A stretch of DNA of 63,959 nucleotides, the filler included, from Ionaspis alba (Eukaryota): the NCBI GenBank assembly GCA_964255285.1. It is 12 parts of 12 records of this genome, joined end to end, with 100 filler letters (N's around TTAATTAATTAA, not from the genome) between each part and the next. Parts side by side here need not be neighbours in the genome. Positions count along the whole stretch, not along the records: positions 21,563 to 26,819 come from CAXUUL010001026.1; positions 26,920 to 32,171 come from CAXUUL010001027.1; positions 32,272 to 37,522 come from CAXUUL010001028.1; 9 more parts are not named here. One strand, written 5' to 3'. A program made the position numbers and the translations under genes. Of the stretch, positions 24,023 to 35,576 are shown piece after piece. Position 1 is the first letter of the stretch, and every line of letters begins with the position of its first letter. The notes below the pieces were generated by a model. That model saw only the letters and a list, made by a program, of their open reading frames with translations, made no database searches and was not told the origin of the DNA.

Positions 24023-26578
24023 ATGGCCGCAAACGTTACTCCGATGGATGCTCCTCCTCCAGCCACCACCAATCCTCCAACTTCTCCGAGAAAGCGGCGC
24101 AGAAGAGCCCCAACTACCGGTGCAGCAGACGATTGCTTTGCTTGCCAGGACCGTCACAGCAAATGTGACAGAAGAAGACCCTATTGTACACAATGCTTAG
24201 ATGTTGGAAAGGACTGTTCAGGCTACAAAACTACTCTGACATGGGGCGTCGGAGTTGCCAGTAGAGGAAAGCTACGCGGTTTATCTTTGCCGATAGCGAA
24301 AAGCAAGAAAGTCGCGCCAGACGACAGCAAGCCAGCCAAAAAGTCCAGTATCTCTGGATCATCTTCGAAGACTGCCACAAGTGCAAACGGGTCGAAGAAA
24401 TCAGATAACGGCAAGTCTTTGTCGACTCCAAACCCGACGGATTACAACCATGCTCCTACAACTTTCGGTTTTGTCAATGTGGACCCCAATGCGGCAACAC
24501 CTTCGCCGGTGGTTCCTTCGCCGACTTTCCAGTGGCCTGTTCCTAATCCTCCAAGCAGGGACACCACTACCCCCCGCAACATCCAGGGCCCGCTTCCCAG
24601 GAAAGGACTGAGAAGACACTCTCTTGAGCCTCTTCATATGCCACCTGTTCGTATGCAGAACTATGGTCAAATGCCCATGACTGCAAACGTCTTTGGCGGC
24701 TATGGGGAGCATCAATTTGATACAGCGATCGATTGCTCCCCAATGACCTCCACATTCCAGCCATTAGATATGCCATACAAAGGCTACATGGCAACCGCCT
24801 CCATGGTCGAAAGTCCTATGCAAGGCAATTTCTGGAATGGATATGATGTTGGATCTTGGCCGTCCAAGACAATGAGCTCCAGCTTGAGTTCAGACCAGAG
24901 CAGTCGAGACTATCAGGAAGAGGATGGTTTCTTCGCGGACCCAGTTGTAGCCCACACACTCGATCATCTACTTGGAAGCCAAAACATGGCTATGGCACAA
25001 GAGATGGAACACGAACAACCGATAAAAGAGGAGCCATCACATGAAGTCTGCATGGCCGACAGCGAGATGTACCCTTTTAGCGGTCCGATGACGGAGAACC
25101 CACAAGAAACGTCTTTTGACCTTTCCCTATCACTTCCGTCCTTGAATATTGGAAAGACTCCAGGTCTTCGGTTCCTTATCAATTACTATGACAAAGTTAT
25201 ATCTCCTGTCATCGTGGCGTTTGATGGCCCAACGAATCCGTATCGGACACACATCCTTCAATTAGCGAGCGAAAGCGAGGTGCTCCAACACGCCATTGCT
25301 GCCCTATCCGCAAGCAATTTGAGAATGAGGAGAGAGCACAATCCAACCTCTGCTACTCAGCCCAGACTATCGCTGACAGACACACCGCACGACAATTCCG
25401 TAAGGAAATCCTCCATTGCTCATAGCCTGCTCAACGACGAGATTCAACATCCGTCAGAGAGCACCACCCAGCCTGGCAACCACTCCAAAGAAGAGCTTTA
25501 CCACAAAGGGGAATCTATCCGAGCCCTGAACTCCCAACTTGCCGACCCCTCCCGCAGAAAGGACGACTCCATTCTCGCCACCCTCCTCATGCTCTGCCTC
25601 TACCACATCTGCGACACCGGCATTGCAAAGTTCAAAACCCAATTCGCCGGCGTCAAGAAGATCCTCGCCCTACGTGGCGACATCGGCTCCAACACCCGCG
25701 AAACCAAATGGCTAACAACCATGTTCACCTGGTTCGACGCCATGACCGCCACCGTCAACGACCGCGAAGGGCAGTTCCACCTCGACATGCCCAGCACCGC
25801 CGTGCTGGACGACTCCAGCGACTGGGCCCTCGAAAACCTCGCTGGCTGCGACGGCCGCCTCTTCAGCACCATCGCCAAGCTCGGTCGCCTCAACCTCCTC
25901 TCACAGGGCAAACCCGTCTCGGACCTGCAAACTCCCAACACAACTCCCAAACCAAAACCCCAACCTCTACCTCGCACGCCAGACTTCTACTCCATGAACT
26001 ACAGCCGCATGGATGGCAACGGCTGGTCAGACCTCCTGGAAGACGACGACCTCTTCCCCTCCAACCCCGATCCTCGCGCCCAGTTCTGGAAAGAATGGTC
26101 GGCCATCCGCAAAGCACTCGAGGAATGGCATCTCGATGTTTCACCGCCTTCTTCGGCTCCATCCTCCCCGACAGAAGTCAATCGTCGCGACATCCTCAAT
26201 ATCTCTGAATCCTTCCGGCACTCCGCGCTCCTCTACACCGAGCGTCTCGCGCATCCGCACCTTCCGTCTGCGGCATCGAACTTCCAGTCGCTTGTCACGA
26301 AGGCTCTGACGTACATCCAAGCTGTGAAGAGTGATGTCTACCTTCTATGGCCGCTTTTCATCACGGGCACGGAATGTGTCGAGGAGAGTCATCGAGCGGT
26401 TATCCGGGAGCGGTGTTGGGAGATTCAGAAGGATTCCGGGTTCTTTAATAATATTAGTGGGTTGGAGCTGTTGGAGAAGATCTGGAGGAATGGTGAGCAG
26501 GGAGATGCTGGGGGTGGGGTGAGCTTTAAGTGGCGCAGGGCGATGGAGGTGGTGGATGGTGAGTATATCGTTATTTGA
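24023..26578 (+). CDS. acr-2: Zn(II)2Cys6 transcription factor, acriflavine-sensitivity control protein ACR-2-like
   Basis: The binuclear cluster CFACQDRHSKCDRRRPYCTQCLDVGKDC is followed by SGYKTTLTWGVGVASRGKLRG, an S/T-rich linker and a Fungal_trans_2-type C-terminal domain (YYDKVISPVIVAFDGPTNPYR, LLWPLFITG). The first in-frame ATG is at 24023. Confidence 0.85.
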   Translation: MAANVTPMDAPPPATTNPPTSPRKRRRRAPTTGAADDCFACQDRHSKCDRRRPYCTQCLDVGKDCSGYKTTLTWGVGVASRGKLRGLSLPIAKSKKVAPDDSKPAKKSSISGSSSKTATSANGSKKSDNGKSLSTPNPTDYNHAPTTFGFVNVDPNAATPSPVVPSPTFQWPVPNPPSRDTTTPRNIQGPLPRKGLRRHSLEPLHMPPVRMQNYGQMPMTANVFGGYGEHQFDTAIDCSPMTSTFQPLDMPYKGYMATASMVESPMQGNFWNGYDVGSWPSKTMSSSLSSDQSSRDYQEEDGFFADPVVAHTLDHLLGSQNMAMAQEMEHEQPIKEEPSHEVCMADSEMYPFSGPMTENPQETSFDLSLSLPSLNIGKTPGLRFLINYYDKVISPVIVAFDGPTNPYRTHILQLASESEVLQHAIAALSASNLRMRREHNPTSATQPRLSLTDTPHDNSVRKSSIAHSLLNDEIQHPSESTTQPGNHSKEELYHKGESIRALNSQLADPSRRKDDSILATLLMLCLYHICDTGIAKFKTQFAGVKKILALRGDIGSNTRETKWLTTMFTWFDAMTATVNDREGQFHLDMPSTAVLDDSSDWALENLAGCDGRLFSTIAKLGRLNLLSQGKPVSDLQTPNTTPKPKPQPLPRTPDFYSMNYSRMDGNGWSDLLEDDDLFPSNPDPRAQFWKEWSAIRKALEEWHLDVSPPSSAPSSPTEVNRRDILNISESFRHSALLYTERLAHPHLPSAASNFQSLVTKALTYIQAVKSDVYLLWPLFITGTECVEESHRAVIRERCWEIQKDSGFFNNISGLELLEKIWRNGEQGDAGGGVSFKWRRAMEVVDGEYIVI

Positions 26579-26919
26579 GTTTGTGGATGGTTGTGGATGG
26601 GATGGTGTATTTGGAGAAGATGGGGGGTTATGGCGCTTAGTGGCATATGTCCTACATGTTTGATGGGTTATGATTTTCTTTGTTTTGGACATGTGGATGG
26701 AGATATACATTTTTGGTGTAGATAGGCGTCTGCTCTATGAGGCTGCGGACCTGGTAATCTTAGTATAGGATCTTGAATAATTTCAACGTTCGCCAAATGC
26801 TAGATGATACCAGTGGTCTNNNNNNNNNNNNNNNNNNNNNNNNNNNNNNNNNNNNNNNNNNNNTTAATTAATTAANNNNNNNNNNNNNNNNNNNNNNNNN
26901 NNNNNNNNNNNNNNNNNNN

Positions 26920-29900
26920 CCCCTTCCACGACCTCTTCCTCACCCTCTTCAACCCCCTCAACGCCAACAAAAAGAAACCCACCGGCCCCGTCCTCGCTCG
27001 CCGAAAACAAGGCCCCCACGGCCCCACCCAACTCTCGCCCAACGAAATCCGCCGCAACATAATCGACCGCTTCATCTCGCGCTGGCGCAAAGAAGTGGGC
27101 AACGACATCTATCCCGCCTTCCGGCTCATCATTCCCGAAAAGGACCGCGATCGCGCGATGTACGGACTCAAGGAGAAGGCGATAGGGAAGATTCTGGTCA
27201 AGGTGATGAGAATCAATAAGGATTCCGAGGACGGACAGAGTCTGTTGAATTGGAAATTGCCGGGTGGGAGTGCGGGGAGCAGGATGGCGGGGGATTTTGC
27301 GGGGAGGTGTTTTGAGGTTATCAACAAGAGGGCGATGAGGACGGAGGTGGGGTCTTTGACGATTGCAGAGGTCAATGAGATGTTGGATGGGCTTTCGGCG
27401 GCGCAGAAGGAGGAGGGTCAGATGCCGATTTTTGAGGAGTTTTATGCGAGGATGAATCCTGAGGAGTTGATGTGGCTTATTAGGGTTATTTTGAGGCAGA
27501 TGAAGGTTGGGGCTACGGAGAAGACGCTCTTCGATATTTGGCATCCGGATGCGGATAGTTTGTTTAATGTTTCTTCGAGTTTACGGAGGGTTTGTTGGGA
27601 GCTGTATGATAGGAATGTTCGCTTGGAGAGTGAAGAACGGGGAGTGGCTCTTATGCAGTGCTTTCAGCCACAACTGGCACAGTTTCAGATGCATTCTTTT
27701 CAGAAGATGGTCGAAAGAATGAGGCCGACGGATACGGACAGAGCCTTCTGGATTGAGGAGAAGCTGGATGGCGAAAGGATGCAATTACACATGGTCACCG
27801 ACGAGAGTGTCCCCGGTGGGAAGAGATTTGGGTTCTGGTCACGCAAAGCCAAAGACTACACATACTTATATGGAAACGGTTTCATGGACGAGAACTCAGC
27901 ATTGACAAGGCATCTGACAGAAGCATTCGATCCCGACGTACGGAACATTATCCTCGACGGGGAGATGATCACCTGGGATCCCGAACAAGACGCCATAGTC
28001 CCCTTTGGCACTCTCAAGACCGCAGCACTCGCCGAACAACGCAATCCGTTCTCGAACACGGGACAGAGGCCATTATTCCGCGTATTCGATGTCCTCTATG
28101 TGAATGGGACCGTGCTGACGAACTACACCCTGCGAGATAGAAGAAAGATGCTCGAAGCAAGCGTCAGGTCCATCCATCGACGCCTCGAGATCCACGAATA
28201 CAAGGAAGCATTTGAGACCTCTGAAATCGAGCCACTCCTTCGAAAGGTAGTGGCAGAAGCTTCAGAAGGACTAGTCTTGAAGAATCCTCGTTCGCCATAC
28301 CGACTGAACGATCGGAACGATGATTGGATGAAAGTAAAACCTGAATATATGACCGAGTTCGGCGAGTCGCTGGACTGCATCATCATTGGTGGATACTACG
28401 GTAGTGGACACAGAGGCGGGAACCTCTCCAGCTTTCTCTGCGGGCTCAGAGTCGACGAGAATCAGATCCGGCAAGGAGCCAACCCGCAGAAATGTTTCTC
28501 GTTCTTCAAAGTTGGTGGTGGGTTCACTGCTGCAGATTATGCCGCTGTACGACATCAGACGGAGGGGAAGTGGAAGGATTGGGATGCGAAACGTCCGCCG
28601 AAAGACTGGATAGAGCTGGCTGGTGGTGATTTGCAACACGAAAAGCCAGATGTGTGGATCAAGCCCGAGGACTCCGTTGTGGTTTCGGTCAAAGCAGCGT
28701 CCGTGACCACCACGGATCAATTCAGACTCGGCTTTACCCTTCGATTTCCCCGGTTCAAAAGTCTCCGCGAAGACCGAGACTGGAAGTCGGCGCTTTCCAT
28801 TCAGGAGTTCATGGACTTGAAGGCGAATGTGGAGAAGGAGGTAAAGGAGAAGGAGTTTCGGGTGGATGACCAGAGAAGGAAAAGAGTCAAGACCGTTCGC
28901 AAGAAAGCGGTTGCGGTCATGGGAGCGGAGAATGACTTCTTCGCGCCCTATGCTGGTCCGGAAACAAAGATTTTTGAGGGCTTGAACTTTTGTAAGTAAT
29001 TGACTAGCGTTACTCCAAGATTGATGCCTGTTGATGATCTTTCACAGATATCATGACAGAGTCACTGAAGCCAGAAAAGAAGGCCAAGGCCGAACTCGAG
29101 CAACTCGTCAAGAGCAACGGAGGCAAGATCTTCCAAACGCAGGACGCGAGACCCAATACACTGTGTATCGCCGACAGGAGTGAGTCTCCGACCCTGCTCA
29201 TCCTTCGCTGATACTAACTGACAACGATCCAGAACTGGTAAAAGTAGCTGGCCTGATGAAAGCTGGCAAAGTCGACATCATACGTCCTCAGTGGCTTTTC
29301 GACTGTATCAAACAAACAGTGGCCGATTTTCCTAGACCAAAATTCCTAGTGCCGCTAGAGCCCAGGTAGAGACCCCATCTCATCGGCTTGCTTTGACTCA
29401 ATTGGCTGACCGTGTGGAGCCACATGTTCGCGACCTTGCCAAGCTCGAAGGAAAAAATTGATGAGAATGTAGACGAGTATGGACACAGTTATGCTAGGGA
29501 TGTCGAGAAAGAAGAGCTTAGATCGGTAAGTAATGTAGTTTGTAATGAGTATCATTGTACTGAAATTGTTAGATTCTTGATTCGATGCCTACCGAGTTCG
29601 AGCACTCGTTCGATGCGGATGAGTTCAGGCTTCAGTTGAAAGAGCATGGATGTGATATCTCCGACATTCCTGGTTCAATGTTCAGAGGCTTTAAGATCCT
29701 TGTAGATCGATTTGGTACTTCAGCACAGCATGAAGACAAAGCCATTGAAGGATTCTCAGACGAGGAACCACCCATACAAGAACTATCGGATTCTGAGTTC
29801 AGAGTCAAATTGGCTTGCAACACAGCAAGGTTTGCAGGCGCAAAGATAGTGCATGACCTTGACGATAAAGAAATCACCCATGTTCTGGCTGGAGAGAATC

Positions 29901-30156
29901 AACCACGACTGAAAGAAATCCGCGAGCAGATGGCGAAGTAAGTTCTCTGGTCTCGCTTCCTCCCGTTCTCATTGCAAGGAAGATCGACTGACATCCGAGC
30001 CAGCCGAAAGCGATTGCCACGCATAGTGACCGTGGAATGGATTGAGCAGAGTTGGGAGGAGCAGACCCTGTTGGATGAAGAGCGTGAGTAAACAGTTATC
30101 TTACGGTTATTGTTGATTTCTTAGGCTGATTGGGACTAGGCTTTGCGCCACATTGA
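26920..30156 (+). CDS. LIG4: DNA ligase IV (NHEJ); 5' truncated, multi-exon
   Basis: Has the adenylation motif EEKLDGER, ILDGEM, EGLVLK, WMKVKPEY, the OB-fold TLRFPRF, and two BRCT regions across six short introns. It ends ...LLDEER|FAPH* at TGA 30154-30156. Confidence 0.96.
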
Positions 30157-30171
30157 AAAGGTTGGGGGGAT

Positions 30172-30380
30172 TATCGATCCTTAGGACCGAAAGGAACCTT
30201 GAACCGAAGTGCAAGCTCTTGGGAGCGTGGGGTAATTTGCCGGATGATAGCGTTATCGATGGTGGTGCGGTCGGACTCTGGGGAAGACGAGTCCAATACT
30301 CTGTAGTGCTATCCTTTTGAACGGCTACAACTCCGGCATTCCGTCGCTGGATGACAATTGGATATATTCATACACAATCA
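30172..30380 (+). ncRNA. Candidate structured non-coding RNA or 3'-UTR element downstream of LIG4
   Basis: Stacked stems found by eye: 30246-30256/30303-30313 (11 bp), 30273-30278/30289-30294, 30332-30337/30346-30351, 30318-30321/30367-30370 and 30215-30218/30223-30226. The G-U pairs work only on the + strand. Family not identified. Confidence 0.4.
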
Positions 30381-31381
30381 ACTTCCAGACTTGATAGGGC
30401 GCACGGACCTCCTCCAATCGAGTCAGGGCTTCTTTTCTTGGCAAGCCAAGCATTATGTCCTTATGTAATAATGATGTTCTTACGACCTGCCACATCGAGC
30501 AGTGCCGAACAAATGGAAAGCGTGAAACGATGCACAAGACGGCTCCAAGCCGCAAGAGGTTACATGAAGAATGCAGAAAGCAGTAGCTGGGTCAGACAGA
30601 TGAAAACGACGTGAGAAACAACGATAACAGGGCAACACAATAATCTGTACAGCTGACTGACTTACGTTCGCTCAGCTCGTATCTTGCGTCGCCCGAAAGG
30701 TACTATAAGGTCAGCCCACACTGCTCGGGCGCAGACAAATTCAATAATAATAATTGAAGGAGACCAAAAACGAAAGAAAAAAAAGCCGCGGCCCGCCTGG
30801 GAACCACTGAAAACGTGTCGTGTGCCGAATCCCCTTATCAGCCCGGCGCAGCAATCCCTACCAGCGATCCTGCACCCTCGATCCTATCTATTCCAAGGCG
30901 CTCTCAGGGCGAGTCCCTGAAAAGGAAGGGCGCGCTCTGTCGGCCTTACTTATCTCTCTGTCGGCGTTGCATAACCCTTTCGTCATGTCCATACACTACT
31001 ACGAGTAAAACTGCTACCACGAGCAAGTAGTAGTTTAGTCAAAACCCTCACGTCCGAAGCCAGAGAAGAAAAACTCCCTTCTTTCTTGTTTCATGGATAC
31101 CTTCGGCAAGGCCGCCTTGCTCGCAACGATAACGGCTGCCTTTGTTGAGGAGCTCAAAGATGCCCACCTTTGAGCGCGTCTTTCGTTTCCCTGAGCGTTT
31201 TTGAGTCTTCGGATCGAGAGGAAGTGCAACTGGCGACTTTGCTAAGAGACTGAGCTACTGAGCCTCCGTGGTTTTTACCTAATCGTGCGCACTAGACGCA
31301 TCGGCAAGACCCAACGGCACGCGAGAACTGGTGGGGGCAAGTGAGTGTGTGAGGATATTCAGGTCCGAGAAGGAAGCGAAG

Positions 31382-32171
31382 ATGATGGTCCCACGGGCTT
31401 TTCACTATACGTCGTCGGGAAGGATGACCTCGTCGTCGCCGTCGCCGCCGTCGATACAGGATGAGAAGAAGGCTGATGCGATGCCAGCCAGACGAACGAA
31501 GAAAGAGGTGGTGGTGGAGAAGAAGGCATCGAGCACACGACCAGTGAAGCCGTTGAGGATGTTCACTGTCCCGGCACCAACAGCCTCGCAGCCGGTGGTC
31601 ATACCAACTCGCAGTCAGACCTCGAAGTCGCGAAGTCGGGGCGGTCATAATGTCGAGAAGAGGAGAGAGGAAGCAGGATCGACGAGTCCGCACAATCCCA
31701 ATGCCATGCCACCTTCCATGGCAGCTCTACTAGCCGTAACCTCGATACCGACATCAAAGACCCTAGCCGCACGACGAATCAGCTCTGCTCGCAAAGAAGG
31801 GAACTCCCACCTCAAAGTCCTCGAAGCAATCGACCCCGACGACTTCCAGCACTCCCTCTCAAGCTCCAGTCCCAAATCCTGGGATCTGCTGCAGAGTCCC
31901 CCTACCTACGACGACAACGACAATGACAGCTGGAGCGTCAACAGCGACAGCACCATCGCCCCGCTCTCCTCCTTCCGCTCCCTCTCATCCGACTCCATGC
32001 CCTCCCTCTCCGACGAGCTCGAATCCCCTGACTCAGCCAGCCACCCGTCCACACCCGGAAAGCGGCACCATCCCACACCTCGAGACCGCCTGCGCAGATC
32101 CCTTTCGCATTCCCAACCCGAATCCTGCGGACTCGATCACCCATTATCACCCACCGCCCACCCCCCTCTCC
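31382..32171 (+). CDS. Ser/Pro-rich hypothetical fungal protein; 3' truncated
   Basis: Long ORF running to the contig end (MMVPRAFHYT...HNPNAMPPSMAALLAVTSIP...RSLSSDSMPSL...DHPL) with coding-like codon usage. Confidence 0.65.
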
Positions 32172-32277
32172 NNNNNNNNNNNNNNNNNNNNNNNNNNNNN
32201 NNNNNNNNNNNNNNNTTAATTAATTAANNNNNNNNNNNNNNNNNNNNNNNNNNNNNNNNNNNNNNNNNNNNTTCAAA

Positions 32278-34836
32278 ATGGCTCAGGATTCAAAAATAAA
32301 AGAGTTCCCCGACATCAGCAACAAACTCACTGCTCCGACAAAGAAGTCAATATTTGAGAAGCAAAAGGCCGAAGCGGAAGCGAAGCGTCAGAGAGAGCAA
32401 GAAGAGACTGCTGCGGTGTATGAAGAGTTTGTCAAGTCCTTTGATGATGCAGATGATGGACCGTCAGGTGTAACGCTAGGTCAAAGACATTCTGGACCTC
32501 CTGGATTCCCTGGTGCGCCTGGAGGACCATCTAGACGACATTTCAGTGGACCACCGGCAGGACCTGGTGGTAGGGGTGGGCTTAGTAGTGGTCGAGGGAA
32601 TAGTGGGCCAGGGAGCTTAGGACCACCGCCTTCATCATTATCACGAAAAAGAACTTACGAGGGTGTGCCTTCCATCAATAGAGACAACAATCCTAGCCTT
32701 TTTGCCTTCGAAGACACTTCCGTTGGACCGAAAGATGCCAAAGTCGCATTTGAGCACTCGGACGATGAAGACGACAAGGCTGCTCATTCGCGAGCACACG
32801 AAAGAGCAGCTCCCAAGCCTACCATTCATCTGAGTTCTTTACCACCAGGTACATCGCCTGCAGTCATCAAATCAATTATTCCATCAAACCTTAACGTCGA
32901 TGCTGTACGTATTCTTCCACCGTCCGGGCCGGGTGGGAGCACAGAACGGCGATCATTTTCTGCGATTGTTACGCTTGCCAAAGATACGCCTGCAATTGAC
33001 ATCGACACTGCCGTAAGCGCTTTGCAGAACAAGTATCTCGGCTGGGGCTTCTATTTATCGCTATCAAGACATTTGTCCTCAGCCGCTGTAGGCTCTGGGA
33101 TGCCAGCTCCACTTGGAAGCTCGTCCGCCTCTTCACTGCCTTTTGGTGCGAAACCAATACCTAGCGGCCTAGGGGACAGCTTCTCTAGAGGTCCACATAT
33201 GGGTGGGCATCGTGGAGGTTTCGCGCCTCCGACTTCATACGCTCCATCAGGTCCCGGCCAGTTTGGAAGGGGGGCCCCTCCGGTGCAAGTCAACGTCACG
33301 CCACCATCGGACCTCAAGCAGGTCAAACTTATTCATAAGACGCTCGAAGCTCTCCTGACACACGGACCTGAATTCGAAGCTCTACTGATGGGTAGGGTGG
33401 AGGTCCAGAAGGATGAGAAATGGGCTTGGCTTTGGGATCCTCGAAGTCCAGGCGGAGTCTGGTATCGTTGGCGTCTATGGGACATTCTCACAGGGGCCCA
33501 GCAAAGGATTAGATCTGGCCGAGGTCGTAATAATGATTCATCGCAACATATATTTGATGGTGGAGCTGCATGGGCTACACCAGAGCGGGCTCTCCTATTT
33601 GAGTATGCCAACAACATTGACGAGTTTGTCTCAGATAGTGATTACAACTCCTCCGAGGACGAAGACTCGGGTGATGAAGGAAGACGCCGTCACCAACACT
33701 ACCATGGAGGTGCACCACCGGCAGAAGGAATGCTGGGCTCTATAGATGCGGAAGCACAGGCTTACCTGAATCCACTACAAAAGGCCAAACTCGTCCATCT
33801 TCTTGCTCGCCTGCCGATTACAAACGCAAAATTGCGCCGTGGAGATGTTGCACGTGTCACTGCCTTTGCCATTCAGCACGCTGGAGAAGGGGCTGACGAA
33901 GCTGTCGAACTTATAACCTCCAATATTCATTTCCCGTTCGCATTTTCCAGCGCCAACCCAGATCGAAAGTCCGCTACCGACGAAGACTTCCCAAAGGGCG
34001 AGACTGACGACGCAGCTGACGATGAAAAGAAAGAAAAAGAAAAGGAAGACACTTCTGCTGCAAAGCTCATTGGCCTCTACCTCATCTCCGATATCCTGTC
34101 GTCATCTTCGACTTCTGGAGTTCGCCACGCCTGGCGCTATCGACAATTGTTCGAAGGAGCGCTCAAGTCCAAGAAAACCTTCGAGCATCTAGGCCGGCTA
34201 GAGAAGGACCTCTCGTGGGGTCGACTGCGGGCCGAAAAGTGGAAACGAAGTGTACAAAGTGTGCTAGGATTGTGGGAAGGGTGGTGTGTTTTTCCGGCCG
34301 TTGCTCAGGAACATTTCACTTCAGTCTTTAGCAATCCACCCCTTACCGCAGCGGAAGAAGCTGCAATAGCTGAAGCTGAGAAGACATCCGCTGCAGCTTT
34401 GGCAGCCAAGTCGAAGTGGAAAACTGTCGAAGAGAAGGCCCGAGAAGCAGAAGCGAAAGGGAATAGTGGAAAGAACGATCAGAGTACGGCGCTTGACGTG
34501 GATGGAGAAGCAATGATTGAGGACGACGATGTGGATGGACAGCCCATGTCAGATGAAGGGGATGTTGATGGCGAGCCGATGGAAGATGTGGATGGGGAGG
34601 CAATGATCGAGCATGGAGACGAGAAGGAAGCTGATGATGAGGAGCATCGAGGAGAGGGGGTAGGAGGATCCGCAAAGAGTGATGCTCCCCAGGAGCGAGC
34701 AGAAATTGGATTCAGTATGGGGTCTCGAAGCGAGCCTGGTGAAACTGATACCAAGTTTTCGGAAAATGTGGTACAGGCCGGCCGCAGGAGACGACCGAAG
34801 GCGGAGGATATGTTTGCAGATTCTGATGGAGAATAA
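32278..34836 (+). CDS. U2 snRNP-associated SURP-motif protein (SR140/U2SURP-like)
   Basis: Single 852-aa exon with KKSIFEKQKAEAEAKR..AAVYEEFVKSF, an RRM-like region, SURP (IHKTLEALLTHGPEFEALLM...WYRWRLW), CID-like LYLISDILS...WRYR, and acidic DVDGEPM repeats. Confidence 0.85.
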   Translation: MAQDSKIKEFPDISNKLTAPTKKSIFEKQKAEAEAKRQREQEETAAVYEEFVKSFDDADDGPSGVTLGQRHSGPPGFPGAPGGPSRRHFSGPPAGPGGRGGLSSGRGNSGPGSLGPPPSSLSRKRTYEGVPSINRDNNPSLFAFEDTSVGPKDAKVAFEHSDDEDDKAAHSRAHERAAPKPTIHLSSLPPGTSPAVIKSIIPSNLNVDAVRILPPSGPGGSTERRSFSAIVTLAKDTPAIDIDTAVSALQNKYLGWGFYLSLSRHLSSAAVGSGMPAPLGSSSASSLPFGAKPIPSGLGDSFSRGPHMGGHRGGFAPPTSYAPSGPGQFGRGAPPVQVNVTPPSDLKQVKLIHKTLEALLTHGPEFEALLMGRVEVQKDEKWAWLWDPRSPGGVWYRWRLWDILTGAQQRIRSGRGRNNDSSQHIFDGGAAWATPERALLFEYANNIDEFVSDSDYNSSEDEDSGDEGRRRHQHYHGGAPPAEGMLGSIDAEAQAYLNPLQKAKLVHLLARLPITNAKLRRGDVARVTAFAIQHAGEGADEAVELITSNIHFPFAFSSANPDRKSATDEDFPKGETDDAADDEKKEKEKEDTSAAKLIGLYLISDILSSSSTSGVRHAWRYRQLFEGALKSKKTFEHLGRLEKDLSWGRLRAEKWKRSVQSVLGLWEGWCVFPAVAQEHFTSVFSNPPLTAAEEAAIAEAEKTSAAALAAKSKWKTVEEKAREAEAKGNSGKNDQSTALDVDGEAMIEDDDVDGQPMSDEGDVDGEPMEDVDGEAMIEHGDEKEADDEEHRGEGVGGSAKSDAPQERAEIGFSMGSRSEPGETDTKFSENVVQAGRRRRPKAEDMFADSDGE

Positions 34837-35576
34837 GGATTTTAATGACACGTTCAAGTAGCTGCTTAAGGCCACGCTGTTGCGGTAAAGATTGAATGCA
34901 CTGCAGCACAAATANNNNNNNNNNNNNNNNNNNNNNNNNNNNNNNNNNNNNNNNNNNNNNNNNNNNNNNNNNNNNNNNNNNNNNNNNNNNNNNNNNNNNN
35001 NNNNNNNNNNNNNNTTGCCTATCACACTGCTGCAGACTGAGGAGGTTTCGGAAACAAAGTTGGGGCTTGCAGAGCCTCTCAGCCGCAGGCTTGGCAGCGT
35101 GGGATCCGGGGCCCTGTCTGTGGAATTCGCGAAGCTCCAAAACCTTCCGAACCTCAACGTCACGGGCGTCTTGACTTCGTCTCGTGCATCCTGTACATCA
35201 GTTGCAATAATCATGTCGGATCAGTAGCGATAGACTTTTCGACCATGGTCTCTAGTCAGTCGTTGGATCCATGAGACGTTGCCTTCACAAGGACGGAAAC
35301 TTGTGTTGTACAGAGTAGTCTACGCCTCCGAACAAAGGGGCCTGTCCCTGGACCGATTCAGAAACAGCCACTTGGATATTTCAGCATCGCTGTGCTACCA
35401 TAGGCCGCCACAGGAGAATAATTCACCCTGAATACCTGTTGCCCTCATAGGTGCACCGCTAAACAGCATCATCACCCTCGAGGCTATCGTCCTTCCTTCC
35501 GACAAGCGCATCCTACGCCCCAAGACTTTGTGTAGCCTGAGCCTACGACTTATCACTTTCCACGGGAAGGACCAGC

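Noticed and set aside
30154..30306. Stop-codon readthrough or selenocysteine at the LIG4 TGA (frame stays open for 49 more codons)
   Set aside because: An open stretch of this length has roughly a 10% chance probability. The context is not TGA-CTA, no SECIS geometry is seen, and the ligase ends at its expected position.
34549..35214. Minus-strand ORF spanning the scaffold gap
   Set aside because: It is open only because Ns mask stops, overlaps U2SURP antisense, and has no motif.
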